From assembly GCF_045628745.1 (NCBI RefSeq), contig NZ_JAZQPU010000318.1:1-62843 (forward strand): a stretch of DNA of 62,843 nucleotides, read 5' to 3'. Within the stretch, counting starts at the first letter, position 1. Every line of letters begins with the position of its first letter. Positions 1 to 8,088 of the stretch are shown piece after piece. Below the pieces are notes generated by a model. That model made no database searches and was not told the DNA's origin. It saw only the letters and a list, made by a program, of their open reading frames with translations. The position numbers and the translations under genes are program-made. Source of the stretch: Pedobacter sp. GTDB taxonomy: Bacteria; Bacteroidota; Bacteroidia; Sphingobacteriales; Sphingobacteriaceae.

Positions 1-89
1 AATTCATCAAACTCTTGTTTCCTGCAGCCCGTAGCAGCTACAATAACTGTCAAAAAGACAATTAAAAATTTACACACAATTTTACTCAT
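1..89 (-). CDS. 5' end of a lipoprotein gene (runs off the window edge)
   Basis: Manual translation MSKIVCKFLIVFLTVIVAATGCRKQEFDE: basic N-terminus, hydrophobic core and lipobox-like ATG-C. Not in the ORF track because it is truncated. Confidence 0.7.
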   Translation of the reverse strand, partial: MSKIVCKFLIVFLTVIVAATGCRKQEFDE

Positions 90-787
90 AGCATTTTTTA
101 AATAAAAAATACCTTATTAACTATCTTGTAATTAATTGACAAAAAATCTAAAATCTAAATCAGTTGCACGAACGCACAATGATTCCATGAAAAGAAAGTA
201 GAATTTGTTACATACAGTATATTTGGTTATTAAGGTTGTTAATTCCTATTATTTGGTTGGACTCTTATTTGGTTTACCTAAAATTAATTATTCACATATA
301 ATGCGGCAACCTGTACCGTCCTGTATTTCCCTAATGTAAAAAAACAAATGCATTTGTAATCGACTAAAAGCCTACACAATATCTCTTAAACGCGATTTTT
401 GGCATTTTACTGTTGTAAATTTATTTTCACTAAATTAACAATATTATTATAGGGTCGTGAAATAGTTGATACCAATACTAAAAGAAATTAAAAAGTCCAT
501 GAATAGCAAGATTAAATAGATGAGATAATTCAAAATATACCGGTCTTGATCATTTCATAACTATATTAATCTATTTGAGTTTAGGCTAAGGAGATAGCCC
601 ATCAAGAGGTGTATCGTGTGAAATTATTCCACGTGGGGGATATTCAGAGAAGTAACCTTAACTGGGAGTAGCTGAGACAAGATTATTAGAGAATATGAGA
701 AAGGAGGGGTAACAGTTGTTTTGTCATACCTATAATTAGAAAATGATAAATGTCCTTAATCTCAAAAAACTGTTTATAAACAAGAAA

Positions 788-2603
788 AGAGCCTGTCTCA
801 TTAATCATGATGACAGGCTTTTTAATGTCTTAATTTTTTTGCCTTATCGATTGGGGCTTAGATATTTAGTATAAAATATAAGCACTAATATTTTGTTTAA
901 ACAGCTGATTTTCATATTTTTAAGTATAAAAGTTAATGAAATATGGCTGTCAATTACCCTACTTTCAAGCCTTATAGTCAAGATCAGGTTCTCATGCTTC
1001 CACCTTCGCTGGAAGAACTTGTTCCCCAAGGCCATCCTGTTCGGATTGTGAACGAAGTAATCAATAATATCAATCTTGAGCCGCTATTAAAGGCCTATCA
1101 TATTAAAGGAGGATCCAACTATCATCCTCAAATGTTGCTTAAGATATTGGTTTATGGTTATGTCACCAACATCTATTCCAGCCGCAAGCTTGAAGCTGCA
1201 TGTAAGGAAAGCGTTTACTTTATGTGGTTAAGCGCGATGAACCATCCTGATCACAATACCATCAATCGTTTTCGTGGTGTGCGCTTAAAAGATGCACTTC
1301 GCAGTGTCTTTGAAAATGTAGTTCAGTTACTTGCACAGGAAGGCCTGCTGAGCATCGATGAAGTTTATACTGATGGGACCAAAATAGAAGCCAACGCCAA
1401 TAAATATACTTTTGTATGGAAGAAATCAATTCAGACCAATAAGGAGAAGATGAAAAAGCAGCTTCAGGATATCTGGCAATATGCGCAGAATATCGCCTCT
1501 GAAGAAGATAAAATGCCTGAACCTCCTGATTTTACAAGCATTGATGCCGAAAAAGTGAAGGCTACAGTAGAAAAGCTTAATGAAACACTTTCGGGCAAAA
1601 CCATAGATAAAAAGGTAAAGGCCAAGCTCAGGTATGTCACCAGGAACTTCCCGGATAACATTGCTAAGTATGAAAAGCAGGAAGCTGTTTTAGGGGAAAG
1701 AAATAGTTATAGCAAAACAGATACTGATGCCACTTTTATGCGCATGAAGGAAGACCACATGCTTAATGGGCAGCTAAAGCCTGGATACAATGTGCAGATA
1801 TCCACCTCAAACCAGTTCATCGTTAACTATACCATTCACTCAAATCCAACAGATACGCTAACTCTAAAATCCCATCTGGAGCAACATGAAAGCAGTTTCG
1901 GCAAAGCGCCTAAAACCCTTACCGCAGATGCAGGATACGGCTCCGAAGAAAATTATACCTTGCTCGAGCAAAAGGAGATTGAGGGTTACGTGAAATACAA
2001 TATGTTTGATAAGAGCCAAAATGAAAACTATAAAAACAAGTTCCCGTTTCATGCTGACAAGCTGTTCTACAATGCGCAAGAAGACGTTTACATCTGTCCG
2101 ATGGGTCAGAAAATGAACTATATAGGCGATGTCACTAAGAAATCAGGCAACGGGTTTATACAAGCCTCCAGGAGATATCAAGCTAAGAACTGCAGCAATT
2201 GCCCTTTGAACGGCGCTTGTCATAAGTCGAAAACGAACCGAATCATAGAGATCAATGTAAATCTGAAAAGGCAAAAAAAGAAAGCACACGAGCTGCTTAC
2301 CAGCGAACAAGGAATAAGGCACAGGAAGAAGCGCTGCTTTGATGTTGAACCGGTCTTCGCAAATATCAAACAGACCATGCGTTCCGCCGCTTTATGCTCC
2401 GTGGTAAAGAAAAAGTAGCAATAGAATGGGGCTTATTGGCAATTGCACAAAATCTAAGAAAGAAAGCCGCCTAAAACGGCTCTTTTTAGGTCTTTTTATG
2501 AATAATCTTCAATACAGAAGTTTTAGATCTTAAAAATCTCGATAAATCCAAAAAGTTAAAGTAAAAAAAAGACCGCATCACTTTTGATAGTGAGACGGCC
2601 TCT
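788..2603 (+). mobile_element. IS1182-family insertion sequence
   Basis: Imperfect terminal inverted repeats AGAGCCTGTCTCA (788-800) and TGAGACGGCCTCT (2591-2603), 11/13 match, flank a single transposase. No clear target duplication seen. Confidence 0.85.
943..2474 (+). pseudogene. IS1182-family DDE transposase, frameshifted near the C-terminus
   Basis: Motifs YHPxMLLKILVYGY..SSRKLE, PDHNTINRFR, DGTKIEANA, ADAGYGSE, CPMG..CxxCPLxxxC and VEPVFANIK. The ORF stops at 2418, but the family tail HAFRRFMLRGKEKVAIEWGLLAIAQNLRKKAA* continues in the -1 frame to 2474 (1-bp loss near 2374). Confidence 0.85.
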
Positions 2604-2710
2604 CTTTTTGTGTCTTGAATTTTCTGTTACCAGGTAAATGATCATTTCCCTCTTCAGTTAATTCCTGATGTTATAAGGTTCATTAACATTAATGAAAAAG
2701 CCTTTTAACA

Positions 2711-2896
2711 CTAAGCTTCGTCTTTTGTGTTTCTTACTAGTCCAATTCCCGATACGAAGAACAAGATGCCAATGATGGCCACTACAACCAGTTCGCGAGT
2801 TTGAATACTATGGTTTACAAAACCAATTCCGCCCCAGATTAGTCCGATAATTCCTAACACAGTTAAAATAGTCCCGAAAGTACGTTTTACATTCAT
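2711..2896 (-). CDS. Small two-TM membrane protein
   Basis: 61 aa with two hydrophobic helices; sigma54-like motif upstream. Confidence 0.75.
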   Translation of the reverse strand: MNVKRTFGTILTVLGIIGLIWGGIGFVNHSIQTRELVVVAIIGILFFVSGIGLVRNTKDEA

Positions 2897-2925
2897 AAGT
2901 AGATTTGTTTATATATGCCAGCAAA

Positions 2926-2941
2926 TGCAATATCTGTGCCG
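2926..2941 (-). promoter_or_regulatory. sigma54-type -24/-12 motif
   Basis: Minus strand reads CGGCACAGATATTGCA, matching (T)GGCAC-N5-TTGC, about 30 nt upstream of the small membrane protein gene. Confidence 0.55.
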
Positions 2942-2990
2942 CTAATTGTATTTTCGATGGAGTGATTATGGCAACCCATACCTATGTCAT

Positions 2991-3030
2991 AAAAAAAGGG
3001 ATTAACTCATCTCCATGAGCTAATCCCTTT
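2991..3030 (-). terminator. Intrinsic terminator after prc
   Basis: AAAAAAAGGGATTAACTCAT..ATGAGCTAATCCCTTT hairpin with a U-tract on the minus strand. Confidence 0.75.
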
Positions 3031-3055
3031 AAGGATTTTAAAAGAATATGGTGAT

Positions 3056-5176
3056 CTAGTTTTTCACCTGCATCAAATCAGCCATTACTTGTAGGCTTTC
3101 ATCTTCAACAAAGTCAAAGCTTTCTTCTTTCTTAATTTTATCGCCTTTTTTAACCGGCGCTAAGCCTCTTAAGGCACGCAATTTATTTGCTCTGGCAAGC
3201 GCTGCGTTCTCCAGACTATCTCTCTCTGCCTTAAGTTTATTGATGTTAAGACTTACAGAAACCTCACCATCGCGTTTTTTCATGTCCGCAATCTCCTGTT
3301 CCATCATTTTGTATTCAACAGAACTCTTCATTCTTTCTTCATGCAACTTCTTCAAGTTAGCTTTAATAGAAGAAAGGTCACTTACAGGGACAAAAGCAGA
3401 AGGCTGAATCACATCCCACGCTAAAGCTGAACGTTCAGTATCCTCACCAATTTTATCAAGAGGATAAAGCGATGGAAATACGATATCGGGCATCACGCCT
3501 TTATGTTGGGTGCTGCTTCCATTCACCCTGTAGAATTTAGCCATCGTCAAATTTACCTGACCTAACTGAGGTACGGCTGGCTCTGCACCATTGGGCGCTC
3601 TCATTGTTCCTTTATCCACTAAAGCAGCTAAACGTTGTAATAAAGAGCGATTAACAAGACTATTTAAATCAATAGAGGATTGTACCGTACCTTTACCATA
3701 AGTTTGAGTACCAAGAATGATACCACGACCATAATCCTGGATAGCGCCAGCAAAGATCTCAGAAGCCGAAGCACTTAGACGATCTACCATCACGCCAAAA
3801 GGACCAGCCCAGGCAACACCCGGATTTTCATCATCACTCACTTCAATATCTCCCCTGAGGTCTTTAACTTGTACAACAGGTCCTTTATCAATAAATAAAC
3901 CTGTTAAGCTGATCGCTTCTAATAAAGAACCACCACCATTTGCCCTAAGGTCCATCACAATAGCATCAACTTTATCTTTATTTTTCAAAGTGTCGATCAA
4001 CAACTTCACATCACGAGTGGTACTTTTATAATTAGGGTCTCCTGCTTTAGCTGCTTTAAAATCAGCATAAAATCCAGGCACTTTGATAATTCCTATTTTA
4101 AAGGTTTTACCATTTGACTGGATTGTTTTCACTTCTTTTTTTGCTGAAGATTCTTCCATCACAATTTTCTCTCTCACCAGCTCAATGATTACCGGTTTAC
4201 TCGACATCTCCTGTCCTGCAGGGATAATTTTCAACCTTACCTTAGTGCCTTTAGGCCCTTTAATTTTAGATACAGAGTTCTCAATTCTCCAGCCAATGAT
4301 ATCTTCAAACTCACCAGCACCTTGAGCGACTGCAATAATACGGTCGCCGGCACTCAATAGTTTAGACCTGAATGCAGGTCCTCCAGGAATGATTTCACCA
4401 ATCTTTAACACTTCGTTTTCCATTTGCAAACGGGCGCCAATTCCTTCAAAAGAACGGGCCATATCTTCGTTGAAAGCAACTGCATTTGAAGGGTTAAAAT
4501 AACTGGTATGCGGGTCTATGGTTTGGGTAAAAGCATCCATGATAGTTTGAAACACATCCTGGTTGTTAATCTTAGCAACCTGAGACCTTAAATTTGTGTA
4601 CCTTTTGGTTAAGGTTTCTATGTTCTTCTCTTGAGGAGTACCAGCAATTTGCAAATTAATAAGCTCATACTTGATTCTTTTTTTCCAGATGTCATTTAAC
4701 ACTGTCGAAGAAGCAGCCCAGGGCATTTTTTCACGATCAAACACGTAGGTCTCTTCCTGGTTAAAATCATATTTTCCTTTTACCTGCACCAATGAATAGT
4801 TGATCCATTCATTATAGCGTTTCAGGTAAACATTAAAAATATAGAATGGTGCACTAAGGTCCCCATTACGGAAATCGTCATCCAGTGTATTTCTATATTT
4901 CTCAAACTCTTTGATGTCTGCCTGTTGAAAGTAATTCTTACCGCCATCTAACGATTTTATATACTCATCTAAAATAAGAGAGGAAATAGAATCATTGAGT
5001 TTCAACTTTTTGTAATTGTAATTTTCTATCAGGGCAACAAGCTCTTTGCAAACCAGGATTTGCTGCTCCGCAGGTTTTATATTAGGTAAACCTTCTACAA
5101 TAGGCTGCTGTTTGGGCGAAGCCTGACAGGCTAATACAGCGGCAGTAAAAGTTACCATTAGAATTCTTTTCAACAT
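3056..5176 (-). CDS. prc: Carboxy-terminal processing protease (S41A, tail-specific protease), lipoprotein
   Basis: DPHTSYF, GIGA PDZ loop, DLRANGGG, SASASEI (catalytic Ser), TYGKGTVQ (Lys) and STQHKGVMPD. Start chosen at MLKRILMVTFTAAVLAC (lipobox). Confidence 0.93.
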   Translation of the reverse strand: MLKRILMVTFTAAVLACQASPKQQPIVEGLPNIKPAEQQILVCKELVALIENYNYKKLKLNDSISSLILDEYIKSLDGGKNYFQQADIKEFEKYRNTLDDDFRNGDLSAPFYIFNVYLKRYNEWINYSLVQVKGKYDFNQEETYVFDREKMPWAASSTVLNDIWKKRIKYELINLQIAGTPQEKNIETLTKRYTNLRSQVAKINNQDVFQTIMDAFTQTIDPHTSYFNPSNAVAFNEDMARSFEGIGARLQMENEVLKIGEIIPGGPAFRSKLLSAGDRIIAVAQGAGEFEDIIGWRIENSVSKIKGPKGTKVRLKIIPAGQEMSSKPVIIELVREKIVMEESSAKKEVKTIQSNGKTFKIGIIKVPGFYADFKAAKAGDPNYKSTTRDVKLLIDTLKNKDKVDAIVMDLRANGGGSLLEAISLTGLFIDKGPVVQVKDLRGDIEVSDDENPGVAWAGPFGVMVDRLSASASEIFAGAIQDYGRGIILGTQTYGKGTVQSSIDLNSLVNRSLLQRLAALVDKGTMRAPNGAEPAVPQLGQVNLTMAKFYRVNGSSTQHKGVMPDIVFPSLYPLDKIGEDTERSALAWDVIQPSAFVPVSDLSSIKANLKKLHEERMKSSVEYKMMEQEIADMKKRDGEVSVSLNINKLKAERDSLENAALARANKLRALRGLAPVKKGDKIKKEESFDFVEDESLQVMADLMQVKN

Positions 5177-5308
5177 CTCCTTAAATAATTTAAAATCCAT
5201 TTTTATAATCAACAACCAATATGATACCAATTTCTGAAATAACCAAAAAAGAGACGGTAATAATACTGTCTCTATATTGTAAACTTAAAAAAGCCAGGCA
5301 AATCCTAT

Positions 5309-5989
5309 TTACTTCTTCGCACTAACCTTACTTTTAATCACACTTCGCGTATTTTTAAATTGCAAGTTATATTTACTGACTTTTGTGCTTTTGGCAAAGA
5401 GCTCTGCCTTATTTATATCCTTAAGTGCCAGGCTATATTCTTTTTTCTTAATTTTTATAAAGATAATCCCCAGCATTGAATCAATATAGGCGGGGTTATT
5501 TTTAAGCTGTTTAGCTAAGATTCCCTGTTGTGTGTAAAACCATAAAGACTGTGTTAACTTGTTGGAGGCAAAATACACTTTACCCAGTTGGAAGTAGGAA
5601 TCCATTTGCCCGTTTCTATTTCCTATGCGGGAATAGTTTTTCAGCGCAACATTCAAAATAACCTGCTCTGCTTCGGTATAATTGTTTAACAGTAAATGAA
5701 TAGTACTTAATCTTAACAAAGCGGCACCATAAGCATTAAAGTTTTTGACACTATTGTATTCAAAAGCAGCTTTGCCAAATAAAGTTAAAGCCTCATTCAG
5801 GTCGCCCTTCTTTTGATTTTTTTCTGCTTCCGCAAAAAGGCTGTCGCCGGTAACTTCATCCTCTTCAGATACAGCAATGTTAATCACACCTGTGCTAAAA
5901 CCTGTTTCTGGTACGGACATACCACTGGATTGCGCAGTTGCATTTAAACAAAAAAGCCAACAAAAGCCGACCAGGCAAAGTTTATACAT
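5309..5989 (-). CDS. Secreted TPR-like hypothetical protein
   Basis: Signal peptide MYKLCLVGFCWLFCLNATA followed by TPR-like helical repeats. The ORF-track start (6121) overlaps iaaA, so ATG 5989 is preferred. Confidence 0.7.
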   Translation of the reverse strand: MYKLCLVGFCWLFCLNATAQSSGMSVPETGFSTGVINIAVSEEDEVTGDSLFAEAEKNQKKGDLNEALTLFGKAAFEYNSVKNFNAYGAALLRLSTIHLLLNNYTEAEQVILNVALKNYSRIGNRNGQMDSYFQLGKVYFASNKLTQSLWFYTQQGILAKQLKNNPAYIDSMLGIIFIKIKKKEYSLALKDINKAELFAKSTKVSKYNLQFKNTRSVIKSKVSAKK

Positions 5990-6008
5990 TTTACAAAGAT
6001 AAAGTATT

Positions 6009-6851
6009 TTAGGTAAATACCTGTAAACTAACGTCAAAAGACGCCCAAACCATATAAGGATGAGAATCTGAATGATAGATTTCACCTTCAGCAGTGATGC
6101 CAATGACACCGGCAAAACCATTTATCTGCGCCAATTCTTTAAAAGACTTATCGGTTGCCTGTTTTAAAGTCATTCCATCAGTTACACGGGTAACAATTTT
6201 TGTGGCCAGGCCTCCGCTTACAATATCTTCACCAACACCGGTACAAGAGATTGCTGCGAAAGAATTGGCAAAGTTTCCTGCTACAGTAGCAGAGTCGCTC
6301 ACCCGACAAGGAATTTCAAAACCTTTGCCACCAGTAGATGTTGCTGCAGCAAGATGACCGTCTTTATCAAGAGCCACACAACCTACCGTGCCCTTTCTTT
6401 CTTTCTGGTTTAATTTCGCTTCATATTCAATGAGCCTGTGCTGGGTAAAGGGATTAAAATATTCGAAGCCATTTTCTCGGGCAAAATTAAGTGCCCCGAT
6501 ATTACTTAAAACACGGTCGTCATGAGCTATTAGTTTTTCCGCAATTAAAATTGGGTTTTTCACTTCCTCAATATTAATTACCCCACTAAAGCGCTGGGTT
6601 TTGCCATCCATTAAAGAAGCACTCAGCCTTACTTTACCGTCGCTTTGAATTTGAGATCCATAGCCGGCATTGAAAAGTTCATTATCTTCTAGTAAGCTTA
6701 CCGCGTACACTGCAGTTTCTACTGCTGTATGCGTTTGCAAATAGGCATGAGCCTCCATGGCTATTGCCGAAAGGGCCTCCTGTTTAGCGCGTTTGGTTTG
6801 CTCGTCACTATCAGATTCGCTGAAAAAGCCACCGTGTATAATTAACTTCAT
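6009..6851 (-). CDS. iaaA: Isoaspartyl peptidase/L-asparaginase (plant-type Ntn hydrolase)
   Basis: IHGG, FNAGYG, G|TVGCVALD (Thr nucleophile), TSTGG, RVSDS and TGVGE. Overlaps the cphB stop (ATGA). Confidence 0.92.
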   Translation of the reverse strand: MKLIIHGGFFSESDSDEQTKRAKQEALSAIAMEAHAYLQTHTAVETAVYAVSLLEDNELFNAGYGSQIQSDGKVRLSASLMDGKTQRFSGVINIEEVKNPILIAEKLIAHDDRVLSNIGALNFARENGFEYFNPFTQHRLIEYEAKLNQKERKGTVGCVALDKDGHLAAATSTGGKGFEIPCRVSDSATVAGNFANSFAAISCTGVGEDIVSGGLATKIVTRVTDGMTLKQATDKSFKELAQINGFAGVIGITAEGEIYHSDSHPYMVWASFDVSLQVFT

Positions 6852-7726
6852 GAAATAATGCCTATTGATTTAGAATGATGAATAACCAGCTGATGTGTAT
6901 GTAAGTCATAAGTATCACCTTCACACATCACATGTACCACCATGTTATTGATAGAAACCGGTTGCGCCATGGCCACATCAGTTAGATTTGTATCTTTCAT
7001 ATGTTTGCCGTCTACCAAAATGACCATTCCAGAGCCTATAGCCTGCATCACATGTCCATCGGAAATATAAAGACCGGTATCTTCACCTAACCCTATGCCT
7101 AAAATTCCTGGATTGCTGGCCGCCGCATAGAGCAATCGTCCAATTCTTCCCCTTTGTACAAAATGAGTATCTACAATGACCCCGTCAATAAAGCCCAAGC
7201 CACCGGTAATTTTAACCTCGCCTTTTAACAGCGCATCTTTACTACTACCCTGGTATATCATATTTTTAGAACTTGCCGCCGCACCGGCAGAAGTACCAGC
7301 AATAACAAAATCTTCCTGGTTGTATTTCTCCAATAAGATATCATGAATAGCTGTTCCACCGAAAATAGATGATAACCGCAGCTGATCGCCACCGGTAAAA
7401 ACAATAGCATCTGCCGCTCTTATTCTTTCGCAATTTTCTGCTGAGTTAGCCTGCTCTCTAGAACTGATATTCAATATCCCAACATTCTGCACATCAAGCT
7501 GTGCAAAGGCCTTGATATATTCCTCTCCTACCTTTTCAGGAATTAAAGATGCCGTAGTGATAATCTCAAACCTTGATTCTATTTTCTTAGATGACTCCTC
7601 TGCAATTCTTTTTAGGATACCCCGCTCAAAGAAATTCATGTTCTCGGGCAAACCGAATTGAGTTTCGGTAAAACTACCCGTATTTATGGCGCCACCTATA
7701 ATTATTAACTTACCTTTTGGAGTCAT
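6848..7726 (-). CDS. cphB: Cyanophycinase (S51)
   Basis: LIIIGG, FTGGDQLRL, GTSAGA (Ser nucleophile), DTHFVQRGRIGRL and GLGED. Start MTPKGK chosen because a TATCTTTG promoter box lies at 7753-7760. Confidence 0.93.
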   Translation of the reverse strand: MTPKGKLIIIGGAINTGSFTETQFGLPENMNFFERGILKRIAEESSKKIESRFEIITTASLIPEKVGEEYIKAFAQLDVQNVGILNISSREQANSAENCERIRAADAIVFTGGDQLRLSSIFGGTAIHDILLEKYNQEDFVIAGTSAGAAASSKNMIYQGSSKDALLKGEVKITGGLGFIDGVIVDTHFVQRGRIGRLLYAAASNPGILGIGLGEDTGLYISDGHVMQAIGSGMVILVDGKHMKDTNLTDVAMAQPVSINNMVVHVMCEGDTYDLHTHQLVIHHSKSIGIIS

Positions 7727-8016
7727 CTGTATCTTTTTTATTCCAATTAGCTCAAAGATAAGTTCCTTAAACATATATTTATGATTTTTTAATAATAAAG
7801 GACTTTAATTATACATACTGCATGGTCCTGTTTTTCATCGGCATAGCGTTTTTTTAAGCCCTCAACGAGGGCTTAATTGCAGTTATTCCGTCCTTTATAC
7901 TATTTTAAGGCGGTTATAACCACTTGCAATCATTTAGTACGTCATAAGCTGATGATGGTTAAATTTATTTCATTAGTTTTATAAAAAAAACGACTGTGTT
8001 ATATAAGCTCGATTTT

Positions 8017-8032
8017 TGGCTACATAATTGCA
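8017..8032 (+). promoter_or_regulatory. Candidate sigma54 -24/-12 promoter for cphA
   Basis: TGGCTACATAATTGCA has correct GG-N10-GC spacing, 56 nt upstream of the ATG. Confidence 0.45.
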
Positions 8033-8088
8033 GTTTTCCAAAAAATTTGCTCCAATACAATAGAAAATTATAAAAAACAAACGAATAC

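Noticed and set aside
2360-2420. Programmed ribosomal frameshift in the transposase
   Set aside because: There is no X-XXY-YYZ slippery site at the break, and IS1182 transposases are normally a single ORF; a mutation or read error is more likely.
5990-6121. N-terminal extension of the TPR gene overlapping iaaA
   Set aside because: A signal peptide and a promoter box support the ATG at 5989.
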